Below, in pieces: positions 52,150 through 64,000 of a stretch of 64,000 nucleotides of DNA. The notes under the pieces were generated by a model, which ran no database searches, was not told the origin of the DNA, and saw only the letters and a program-made list of their open reading frames with translations. The position numbers were made by a program, and so were the translations under genes. Each line of letters begins with the position of its first letter. The stretch's first letter is position 1. Source of the DNA: Octopus vulgaris (lineage: Eukaryota); assembly GCA_951406725.2 (NCBI GenBank), contig OX597814.1, positions 13,392,001 through 13,456,000 of the forward strand, given 5' to 3'.

Positions 52150-52495
52150 TTCTAAGAGCACTCAAAGAGCAGAAATCCCTGCCAAGGTGACATCAACATC
52201 TGCTCAACTATTAGCCAGAGATGACTTTTTTAAATGAGAATATCTGAAATAATCTCAACTGCTCTTACAAACTATATTGCCAAAAATGAAACCGACGGCT
52301 CTCGAAAATTAAGGAAAATAAACCAGAATTCTTGTCCGGTACCGGATCGTTCCCGAAATCAGTTCGTGCCAGTATTTGAAGTCAAAAATCTCTTGAATCT
52401 ATCCAGCGATTTTTGAGATATATTTTCCACGGTCAAACAAACAAACAAACACGATTGAAAACAATAGCTCCGCCTTCGCTAAGCTGGAGGTAATG
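52150..52495 (+). mobile_element. Helentron/DINE-1-like non-autonomous element
   Basis: 3' hairpin ctccgccttcgctaagctggag preceded by (CAAA)n; related ctgccaagg near the 5' end. Confidence 0.45.
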
Positions 52496-55299
52496 AGTGA
52501 GAAATTCTACACAAAGTGCACCAGGGATGATTAAGATTATTGGTGGGCACAAAAAGATAAATCTTGAGAAAAAGTTCATATGAAGCTTAATTAAAATTGT
52601 TGCTTTTAAATCTTAAATCGGAGAAGGTATTTTCAAAAAATAATGTTTAACGATTTACGTGAACGTTTATAAATCTGGTGGAGGCGCATGTCTAAGTGGT
52701 TTGGGTGTTGGACTAATGAACATAAGATTGCTGTTTTTATTCCTGCTTGACTAAAGCTTATAAAGATCACCGTGCAATGACGAAGGAACTAGTATAACAA
52801 TGGGGCATATAAGCCCTCGATAGAAAAAAAACTAAGCTTTCTCAACTGCATGGGGTACGAACCCACATACCTTTGATAACTCTACTAAATGTGTCATCAT
52901 CTAAATGCGATCTAGCTTCCCTGTTTCTGTCAAATGTTAGAATTATATTAGTTCGTAGTTGCTTTTTGAAACAAAATTATATATATCATGCGCACGGTCG
53001 GCACCAGGTTGTACTAGTTGTAGTAGGAAACGATGCATCAATCTCCTATAAAATCCGGTGGAACAATAATCACATTCATACTCGTTCACTTACAGTATAA
53101 CTATGTCCAGGAAAACCCTTGCAACGATGGGTATTTCCTGTAATTATACCTCTGAAACTATATCAAGGTGAGTATATGAATCGATGATTTCCAGCGCAAT
53201 ACATGTTTAGCTTTTTCTTTTAAGGAACTGAAATGGATGAATGGTTTTCTTGAATTCGTAGGTATTGAATGAATTCAGGATGTAATTTAAGGGAAACACT
53301 AATTTCCGATGCGTTTACGATTCTTCGAGCTCACTATTTAAACCACAATGTCAATGAAAAATGATTTTAGGTTTTGAAACTATTTGGAGGATAATCGTTC
53401 CGTACTATTTTATTACCTGCTTTACGTATAAATCAGGTTACTGATTCTATATCATTTTCATTTCAAATAGATTTATTACCGAGTATAGATCATATCATTT
53501 ATCGTTTTGCATGGAAGATATAAACTAAATATATGCGATGTTTTAATATTAAGATTTCCAAACGGATTACGCTGAAAGTCTATGGACTTTATATCCTTAA
53601 ACTACTTCAAGTAAAATTTATGGGCAAATAATTCGAAAACGAAATATGTTGTTGTAAAATTTCGTCCCAAACACCGACATATATGATTACAGTACATCTC
53701 AGTATAATTGAACAAGCTGCACACTTAGTGCCAGTGTTCCTTATCTTATATATATGTAGAGACCATAAAAAAGTTTTTCGAATAATTATGTTCAATAAAA
53801 CGGTTGCAGTTTTGAAGATTAAATATTTGTTTTACGTAAAAAGCCTCATTATTTGAAAGGGACTCAGTGGTCGATAATAAAAGGATGGATAATGATTAAA
53901 AGCTATCCGGTACTGAAAAAAGAAAATATGAAAATTCAGCTCCAAAAATTATGGAAAGGGAAAATTTTTCCGAAGTATGTATTGAAAAAAAAACACGCTC
54001 ACACACATAAACATAAAAACGTACAAACACACACGCACACACGCACAAACAAAGACATAAACATACATTGTGTATATATACTTGTATATCATATATACAT
54101 AACAATGATAATCTTTAATCAAGTTGAAGCAAATTTGTTCAGTATAACATCCAATGTCATTTTCGTTTACATTCATTATGGTGCATTTTGCGTACAGTTG
54201 CCTTAATTCCATTATTTATTCTTAGTATAATACTGTAAAATGTCTCACGAAATTGTGAAGCAATATCAATGAATATCGAAATCTCAAAAGACAATACAAC
54301 CTTCACAATATTATGTGTATTAACGTATCAAATCTTAACTTTTAGCGGAAGCTTTTACATATATATATATATATATATATAAATATATATGTACATGCAC
54401 ACAAAGACACATATATATTAATTACATTTTAAGGGTTGAAAAGAAATATTCGATGCAAAATTAAACAAAATCAAACGGAGAAATATGCAAAAGCATAGTA
54501 TGTGGCAATTTGCAATTGTTTCCTCATCAGTGAATTCCAAGACACCCTAGTGGTTTCGCGCTTTTAAACATTGATACTACTCAGTCTGTGGCAGCGCCAG
54601 AGAAAGTAACCTCGGGGAATACGTACCGAATGTATACAAGGACAATTATATGAAAGTCAAGCTAAGAGATATAACAAGTTTACGTATAGAAATAAAAATA
54701 AAATGATACTACTAATACAACAGAAAAAGGATAATTATACATTTACATAAAAAAAGGAATAAAACACAAAAAGGCCTTTCGGTTATACATTAGTTATGAT
54801 TATACATGTACACCATATACAACAAAACAAGGCCATTCGGCTATCAAACTGTTGCAGGGCTATAATGCAAAGATGAACAGGAGAAAGACCTACGTGACAG
54901 AGAAATCCAGAGAGACGTGACCGCTTGTCTCGAAAGGTAGGAGGAGAGAAGAAGAGTTGTAGAGGGTAGAAGGACTGAAGAACAGAGAGGAATTACAGAT
55001 AGAGAACGAGAGAAAGAGTGAGAAAGAGAAACACGTAGGAAAGAAAGAGAGTGAGAACGAGATTGACAGCGAGAGAGAGGAAAGATATAGATAGTATAAG
55101 AGATGCACGATAAATATTGAAAGAGTATTTTTACAATTATGTAAACGAATATAGTATATTATGTTACGTATCCATTTCAAAGGCTGAATAGATAAGTTTG
55201 ACAAAAACATATCAACGGAAAATTAACAAGTATAAACAGAGATTAGACAAAAACTTAATACACGGAAATTTTCCAGCTCATCAATCAATGCACTATACA

Positions 55300-55337
<38 letters not shown>

Positions 55338-55379
55338 ATACATACATATATACACTGACACATACATTTATAGAATTAC

Positions 55380-55850
55380 TATAGTTAAAGTCTGGTCATC
55401 CACGAAAGCGGCTGCTTTGTGGACACCTCATCAGATTTTAAGCACAGACAAATTTACCTCTACACCTTTTGGAGATGGAAAGTTGTTACGATCAACTGGC
55501 CAAAAAGACCCCAGAGAATATAACATTTGGCGTTGGTGAGTACGAGTTGTGTCACCTAGACCAGCTATTTGGGGAAGAATGTTCTATTCCTTGGCTTGCG
55601 GACGGATCGAAAGGATTCTTACGTGTTTAATCACCGAAAAAAAATCTCAATTTTGCAGCAGGTAACGTTTGAAATAGATACACTATACGAATATTTCTGG
55701 ACAGTTATTCAGCGAACCAGGTCTAGGATATGCAGAACTTGCAACGTCCGCTCTTGTTGACGTAGGGGCCCATGCCTTCTAAGATTGCCCATTTGATATC
55801 GTATGGGTTCCCTTGAGACCTGATGCTCCACACATCAGGACTTGATGGAC
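55380..55850 (-). mobile_element. Penelope-like GIY-YIG C-terminus and 3' pseudo-LTR (inverted arm)
   Basis: ORF 55723 ends VWSIRSQGNPYDIKWAILEGMGPYVNKSGRCKFC; the downstream non-coding part aligns with 56455-56700. Confidence 0.8.
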
Positions 55851-55859
55851 TGTCTGTCT

Positions 55860-56700
55860 CGGTCTTGGAAGGATGATCGGTGGTTGATCCGATGATACTT
55901 CCAGGCTTGGCTGCTGGCTGTGTGGTATCCACCGCACCACCGGCAGCAATAATGCCAATCCTACAGCCAGAGATAACCGCCACAACGATAACAACCACAA
56001 CGGCAGCAGCCAATGTAGAACCACCGGACACCTGCAGTCCTATCAACGACGGTGAAAACAACATCTCCAGGACCGGAACCAACCAGAGATGCACCAATAA
56101 TGCAAATGTTGGAAATAGATCGGATCAATAGGCACGGCATTCAAGCAACGCTTGTGCAACCACCGGTCACTGCTCGGGCTTCCAGAAATACGATTCCTCA
56201 CATCCCTGTTTAAGCATGTGTGGGGCCTCAAAGATCAAGGGACCTCATACAATAGCAAGTGAAAGATCATAGAACCGGCGGGCCCCTACATCAACGGGAG
56301 ATGATGCTGTAATCTCTGCAAAGCTGAACGAACCAGAATAATTGAAGACTCCCTTAAACCTGGCTCGCTAAATACCCCCCAAGAAATATGTGCACAGTGA
56401 TTCCATTTCAAGCGCTACGCGTTGCAATTCTACGATTCTTCTTTCGCTAATTAAGCTCGTAAGAGTCCTTACGGACCGTTAACAGGCCCAGAAATAGATC
56501 TCTATTCCACAAAAAACTAGTCTAGGGGAGATAATCTGTACTCACCAACGCCGTAATTTTTAATATCTGAAGACCTTTCGCAAAATTGACCATAACAACT
56601 TTCCACCTCCGTAAGGTGAAAGGCCAAATTTGTCTTTGTATTGAGTCTAATGAACTGTCCACAAAGCTGCTTCTTTCGGGCTTCGAAAACGTTGGTTTCT
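55860..56700 (+). mobile_element. Penelope-like GIY-YIG endonuclease region and 3' pseudo-LTR
   Basis: Manual translation from about 56115: K*IGSIGTAFKQRLCNH...TSLFKHVWGLKDQG..Y..K*KIIEPAGPY.NG...CNLCKAE...SLN...EI, matching PLE GIY-YIG. Several stops. Confidence 0.85.
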
Positions 56701-56710
56701 CTCTCTTTCT

Positions 56711-56750
<40 letters not shown>

Positions 56751-56779
56751 ATCCATATATATATATATATATATATATA

Positions 56780-57010
56780 TACGACGGCCTTCTTTCAGTC
56801 TCCGTCTAATTGGTCAACCGAGGGCTTAGTAGAAAATAGATGTCCAAGCTTCTACGCAGTGGGACTGAACCCGAAACAATATAGCAGGGAAGCAATCATC
56901 TTACCACACAGCCATGCCTGCAGGCAGAATCGTTTGAAAGCCGGGTGACATGCATGGCAGCATTCCGTCCGTCTGTACGTTTTGAGTTCAAATTCCACCG
57001 AGGCCGTTCT
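56780..57010. mobile_element. SINE fragments (family B minus 56780-56920; family C plus 56922-57010)
   Basis: cgcagtgggactgaacccgaaac..cttaccacacagccatgcct; ggcagaatcgtt..gagttcaaattccaccgagg. Confidence 0.7.
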
Positions 57011-57708
57011 GTGTTTAGAAAATAGTAGCAGATGAGCACTTTGTAAAACTCACTGTACTATGGCCATGCTATTAGTCGAAAGAACCGATTCCTTATTTAT
57101 TTTATAAGTATGGAACTTAATCTATCTCTCTTGGCCGAATCATTAGTGTTACTGGAAGGTAAACATAAGAACAATCATAAACACATAATCATAGACAGAA
57201 AGAACACACACACACACAAACACACAAACATACACACACGCGCGCGCGCACGCATATGTACAAGGAGACCTCTTTCTGTTTCTTTTAATTAAATCTACTA
57301 GCAGTACTTTGTTATGCTCGAGGCTATACTAGAAGGCACTTAATGTTCCGCACAGATACACATTATCATATAGGCACACACATCTTTACGTATATTTATA
57401 TACATACTTATATAAACCTCCACTTTTATAACAACTTCTTTCTCGCCTTTTCTTTGTCCATCTCTGATCCTATCGTTCAATTTTCAGTTCGTAATGCCAT
57501 GTAGGCAGTGCCTGATTATTGCGCTAGGACACCAAACATCTTAAAACCACGGTCTGGCATTCTCTCAGCACATGAAACTAAAACTAATAGTAGCACATAA
57601 AATCATATATTACGTTTGCTAAATAATATTTATTACTCATCAGATGGAGTTATTCTTTGGTTAGTCTTAATATCACAGTATACTACACACACATACACAC
57701 ATACACAC

Positions 57709-57742
<34 letters not shown>

Positions 57743-57747
57743 ATAGG

Positions 57748-57812
<65 letters not shown>
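57709..57812. repeat. (GATA)n microsatellite
   Basis: Seen directly. Confidence 0.95.
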
Positions 57813-57813
<1 letters not shown>

Positions 57814-57814
57814 T

Positions 57815-58045
57815 ATTTCTTTATTGCCCACAAAGGGCTAACACAGAAAGGACAAACAAGGTCAGACAAACGGATTAAGTCGATTACAACGACCCCAGTG
57901 CGAAACTGGTACTTTTATTAACCGACCCCGAAAAGATGAAAGGCAAAGTCGACCTCGACGGAATTTGAACTCAGAACGTAACGACAGACGAAATACCGCT
58001 AAGCATTCCGCCCGGCGCGCTAACGTGTCTGTCAGCTCGCCGCCT
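57815..58045 (-). mobile_element. SINE family C, near full length
   Basis: Reverse complement ggcggcgagctgacagacacgttagcgcgccgggcg..gagttcaaattcc aligns with 41273-41505. Confidence 0.85.
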
Positions 58046-58599
58046 ATAGATAGATAGATGTGAGTATGTCTGTACGTGAATTAATATTTATACAAATGAG
58101 TGCCTCTTCGTTTATATTTCATAATTTAAGGTTAAAAAAGACTGCATTAAGAAAACCTTTTTCGATCTATCGATCTTATGTCTTAATCATTTGGAGAATC
58201 TTAAGTTTACTCTAATCACCTTTAGATTATTAGTTGCTTTTCAATCTTCATAAAAGCCATGTCTGTTTATATATTTATCAAAGAATTACAAGTAAATATA
58301 CGATTTGTAGATATACGTTAAGTAAACATTATTAGTCAGGAACTACCGTTATGGGAATCTGTATTTCTAAAGCTTATGATAAAAATGAAAAGTTAAAACA
58401 TTTTTTTCCTAGTTTTCGGCGAGATATAGCCTCTTGGTAGATGGCAGATTAAATCAATTCTCAATGTTCTTACTTCAGAGTAAATAGTTATGTCTGTGAA
58501 TTATGCATTTCATTTATCAACAAGGTATGTAATGTATTTAAAACAATATAATACAATTTGCAAAAGATTTACATTACCACGCCAAAAATAAAAGGCCGC

Positions 58600-59317
58600 A
58601 AAGAAAGCGAAATGTCCCACGTTACACGACGGTAAGAGTTAAATTTGGAGGGTAAGAGCCTGATGCTTTGGGGGATACATAAATAGTGATGGTTCAAGAA
58701 AGTTGGTTAAAATTGACTGTAACGTGAATAGTGCCAAATACATTCAGTTACTCAACGATAGTTTCATACCAAACTTGGTTGAAGGGAAGGGTTTTCAGCA
58801 TGACGGAACTCCATGCCACAACTGGTGCGCAACACAACAGAATATGGCTGATAAAGCTAATGCCGTATTGAAAGTTTGACCAGCTAAGAGCCCTGACTTA
58901 AATACCATAGAGCAAATGTGAACAGAACAAAAGATAAGAGTTCGTCAGTAGAATCCATTATTCAGTAGAATCAATTATTCAAGTTAAGGGAAACCACACG
59001 AAATATTAACAATCTACAGTAACTTCTTATGTAATAAATTTTCATTATAGACATTTTCTGTTTTAAAACACTATATCTTGATTGGTATATGTGAGGAGGG
59101 AGGAAACTATGGCACTCTCATTTTTTGTGCTTTTCTAGCTTCTTCCACTCTCTTTCAGAACCCCTACTATAAAATATAATGATTAGGTATGGAAATGACT
59201 CCAGCAGGGCTTATATTCCATCTGTAAAAAACGCAATGCGAAACATCCACTGATAACTTGGCAATTAGTAGAAATTGACAGTTGTTTAAAGTGGGTGAAG
59301 AATTTTGCACGGTACTG
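58600..59317 (+). mobile_element. Tc1-family transposase relic (catalytic domain) with right-hand TIR
   Basis: VKFGG..LMLWG.I...G...LVKID.NVNSAKYIQLL...FQHDGTPCH...V*PAKSPDLNTIEQM; Tc1-type end ttttgcacggtactg at 59303-59317. Confidence 0.85.
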
Positions 59318-60514
59318 CATATATTTATGCTTTCATACAATCACTGATGTGTTCCGGTAATTAACCACAATGAACTGTATTTCCCTACGCCATATATGCG
59401 CTTTTCTCCTCAATTTGATAAATTTTCTTGAGTTCATATTAGAGATAAAATCGTTTAAAAAATTATATACATGCAAACACACTTACATACACGCACACAT
59501 GAACACACACATATCAGTATATATATGTATATGTGTGTGTGTGTAGTGCATATTGATGTGTAAATAATTTTATATGTATATAAACATATACATACATATA
59601 TATATACACATACACACATACGTATGTATGCATCTATCCAACCATCTATTTATGTGTGTGTGTATATGTGTATGTAACTAGTGGTTTTAAATGTCTCGGT
59701 AAATAAATAATTGCATTAAAATGATACTACGCAGTTTCAAATGTCATGATTTATATATTCTTTAAGTATATCACCATTAAATATATACATGTATATTTCT
59801 GAAATATATATTTATTATACTCAATGAATGAATCCGTATTTGGTAATTATTATGGTATTTAATATATTTTCAGTAATTCATTCCTCACTGTACAGCATAA
59901 AATCGGAATATTTTTAAAAATCTACACAAAATAAAATGTGTAATCATGAATGGATAGATGTAGCCTTCATTTAGTTGTATTGGAGACCGATAAAGAACTA
60001 ATGCATACATGAATACATACATATATAACACATACACACATGTACTCATAAACACACACACATACACACACATACATACATACACACACACATATGGGGA
60101 TCATGTATATATTTGTGAATATGATTTTTAAACGTACCACGCTTTCGCTAATACTTTAGATGTTAATGATTTCGCCGGCAGACCGTAATACGTAAGACAA
60201 TCTGACACTTGATCCAGTGGAATATTTTGGGTTTCAACAGGTAAAAGCGAGACAGAGCTGCGACAAAATACGAGTGGTATGTATATTTATGTGAGTATAC
60301 TGGGAAAAATATAAAATGATTAATTTAATAATATCCTAAGCTCAAACACAGACCATCTTGTTTAGTGAAAGACGTATTCTCCGAAGAAAACGATCATGTC
60401 TTCAATGCACTGCCATATCTAAACGACAAGCTCACAAATACAAGCATAAATACTTACATACACGCATACATACATATGTATGTATGTATAGACATATACA
60501 TATACACACACAAA

Positions 60515-60647
<133 letters not shown>

Positions 60648-61888
60648 GCATGTATATGCGTATATGCATCCATCTATCTATCTCTGTGCTTAACTCTCTC
60701 TCTCTCTCTCTCTCTCCACGCACATATCTACTCGTGAGATACTTAACAGGTTATGTAGTTCGATGCGAACTGGCGATGAACCGGATTTATTTTCTATGTC
60801 TGGGAGCCTACTGAAAATGGAAAACCAAAACGAACATTATCGACAACATGTTCTTCTTTATTTTAAATAAAGTAAGAAAGAGCCAAAAATCATGCAGAAT
60901 AATATGTACTGTGAACAGAGAATTTACGGATCGTATATAGCAGAAAAGATTGTCAAGGTTGCCATCGGCAAATTCTTCTGTCCAAACCACACATCTTACT
61001 CACACCAGTGAATTCAGATTAAAAGGAAAATTTTAAAGAATGAAATGAATAAATGTTTCCTGGCTTTCTTACTTATATGAGGCGTTGTGATATAGTTGTC
61101 ACCTATATTCTAACTAGATATATTTGACATGCAAAAGATCTATTCAACCAAAGTAGATATACCAGTAAACACATAACTTATTACTTTCAAAATAAGCTCT
61201 ATTTCTTTTGCATCAAATTGTCTTAAGTGTTGAGCATTATCCACTGCCATATAATGAGAAGGAAATTAGAATCAGTAAACAAAATTAGGCATAATGTTCT
61301 AGTATTTTTCCAACATATTCTTCAATATATACCAACATAACTGATATCCCCACAAATATTATTTTTCAATTTTTCTTTTATTTTGTCTTCATTTTGATCT
61401 TATTTTATTTATTTTTATTCCGTTACTTTATTCTTTTGAACTGCAGATCATTTTTCTAAAACAGTACCATAGTTTTTCAGTAATTTTTAATTCCTCATTC
61501 GTATCCGACAGATCTTCACCCATCTATAAGATTCTCATATTATTCTATTCTACATTTTGTTTTCACGTTGACCTTTTGTTAATCCCTAATTGAACAACCC
61601 TGCTACTTCAACGGCTACTGTTTATTTTACTTTTCTTTCTTTACATGTAATATATCATGATTTGGCATTCTTTCAACACCTGTTCCCACTACATGTTTTC
61701 ATTGGTTCTATTTATATTCCTCAATTTCGCTTTCTTTCTCTTCACTTTTTCTATCCTATTCCATCCTCACTTTTATCACACTTTCTCATCGTCATCACGC
61801 TCTTTGAATAGAAAGAGTAACTAAATATAACGCCCTTAATTAACTGCATTGGTGATATTTTGTGATTATATTAGAAACTCAGATTTGC

Positions 61889-62490
61889 ACTAAGGGTGTT
61901 AGGAACACCTACATTGCTAGAAATAAGCACTAAAACGCTCTAATGATGCAGTCAAAGTAACATGATTTTATACATACTAAAAGGGACCGTAATAGCCGGA
62001 ATAAACAGTCGAAATGTCCCCATACTTATCGATCAGCTATGGCTTTTTGCCGTAGCCTCTTCAGTGGGGTCGTCTCAGTCGGTATAAATGTTTACACCAG
62101 ATAAATCTATAGGTGATTTAGTGAGTCCTTAATGTGTATACAAATAATTAATTTAGTCAGCGGTGTGCAATGTTTTACTAATAAAGAAAACGATAATTGT
62201 CATTAAATATGACTAAGGGTGTTAAAAACACTTACATTGTTGGAATTAAAAGCTCCAACATAATCATATAGAAACATAATAACATGGACCATGATAGCCC
62301 GGAAGCCGTGGTCGAGATATCTCTATATGGCTTGGTCAATTTCGGTTTTTCGCCGTAGCTTCTTCAGTGGAATCGCTGGACTCGGCTGATTCCTGGCAAA
62401 AATAACTGCCAGTATATATGTTTACACCATGGATACCTATGCATGAATAAGCGATTTGCTAATGTGTATACAAATAATTAATATAGCCCA
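61889..62490. repeat. Diverged tandem dimer, unit about 300-330 bp
   Basis: actaagggtgtta at 61889 and 62212; gccgtagc.tcttcagtgg at 62049 and 62352; aatgtgtatacaaataattaat at 62131 and 62461. Confidence 0.8.
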
Positions 62491-62543
62491 AAATTATTAT
62501 TGTCATTATACATTTATATATATAATTCATATATATATCAACA

Positions 62544-62834
62544 TGATCACCGTGACCGGCCAGGGTATCAGATGCTGCTAAACATCGCTGGTCACAATTT
62601 GCTTCGCATTATTTTAGCCTTCAAATAACGCCACCCCGCTGGCTAAGCGAGTAGGCTAACAGAGGAAAGAGTGAGAGAATGTTGTAGCGAGATAGTTCAG
62701 CAGGGATCGCCATCTCCCCCTCTCGAAGCACGTGGAGCTTTAGGTGTTTTCGCTTAATAAACACTCACAAAGCCCGGTCTGGGAATCGAAACCGGGAGTC
62801 CGTTGCCCTAACCACTGGGACATTGCACCTCCAC
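62544..62834 (-). mobile_element. tRNA-derived SINE family A, near full length
   Basis: Minus head gtggaggtgcaatgtcccagtggttagggcaacggactcc..ggtttcgattccc; aligns with 37590-37769 and 10995-11108. Confidence 0.85.
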
Positions 62835-62838
62835 TTCA

Positions 62839-62869
<31 letters not shown>

Positions 62870-62870
62870 T

Positions 62871-62909
<39 letters not shown>

Positions 62910-63423
62910 ATATAAGAGGTTGCCTAGAGATATATACGTATCTATTTGATTGTATATGTATGAATGTATATTTCAGTGTCTCTGGGTGTGTATTTGGGCA
63001 TGTATACATGAATATACATATATATAAAAGGCAACGTGTGTCTCTGAACCAACGAATACTTAAGGCTGGATAGTACAATTCCACATGTGTAGTCTAACAT
63101 AAGGGACAAAATAAATAGCCAATACATCCAATACCACTCACAAGAAGCACGCACAAGCACGTTCACACCAAGCAAAATGAAACTGCAAGGGCCTACTAAA
63201 TTAAAACAAGGTAGATGGATGTGTTAGCATCGAAATCGAAGGCTTTGTAACTAACGGGTACAGCAATTGAATACCACCTCAAGAAATACAACTGGATACC
63301 ATGATAAAGGTACAATGTTGCATAATCAAATTCTTGTATATGAAGAACTACGTTGTATGGAATTGTGTTGTGATTAAAAAATGACTATTCAACCGTATTC
63401 CTGTGACTCTATCGTATTCAATT

Positions 63424-63471
<48 letters not shown>

Positions 63472-63912
63472 GTATGTTATAAAGTAGAACACAGTAAAAA
63501 TTTGTCACTATCGTACTCGGAGTTTCGAATGCCGGAGCGAAGAGCTTCGATACATTCTTGTAGTTCCTGCATTCGAAACTCCCACTACTATAATGACACT
63601 CTTTTAGTGTTTGTTGTAATTTATGACATAAATTGAAAATTCCCTACTTCTGCTACCGACGTCTCAGTCTTTTGTTCTTATATTCTGTTATTAATATTGT
63701 GTGTATATATTTGAACCATTTTATATTCTCAATTCTCTTTGTTTTAGTGTGCAGTAGTATTATGTACGTAAGTTGGCATGAAGTTTCTTTTAGCATATAT
63801 TACATAATTAGATTAAGATTAAACATAGATGTTTATTAAATAAAGATATAAATGCATAATTTAATGGATATAGATTAAATTATAGTATTTTAGCTTCATT
63901 TAATATATATTA

Positions 63913-63968
<56 letters not shown>

Positions 63969-64000
63969 TTAAATATTTTGTTTTAATTACTTCTATTTTC

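Noticed and set aside
55880-56131. Thr/Ala/Asn-rich ORF as a mucin-like host gene
   Set aside because: It lies directly upstream of the Penelope GIY-YIG motifs on the same strand and is best read as element linker sequence.

Overview
AT-rich eukaryotic DNA, intergenic or intronic, with no host protein-coding gene I can confirm. The microsatellite load ((TA)n, (CA)n, (TAA)n, (GATA)n, (CTT)n) and the repeat families resemble an octopus/coleoid genome; that assignment is from recall, not a database result. Most ORFs in the track are translated microsatellites. The recognisable coding remnants are all decayed transposons: a pile-up of R4/Dong-clade LINE fragments in trinucleotide repeats (0.5-6.2 kb), two CR1-group LINE fragments, a very old RTE-like LINE, several Penelope-like (PLE) RT/GIY-YIG fragments and two Tc1/mariner relics. 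There are also non-autonomous Helitrons, a fold-back MITE and at least four SINE families. The main unexplained signal is a set of type I hammerhead ribozyme (HHR) motifs. One (35835-35901, minus) has a fully intact core and a long segmented helix II; its paralog at 44349-44414 keeps the same fold with different sequence. Another ends a tRNA-headed SINE-like element that shows Penelope-style inverted ends, suggesting a Pol III, ribozyme-bearing element moved by Penelope machinery. All alignments, translations and folds were done by eye, and boundaries of old repeats are approximate.
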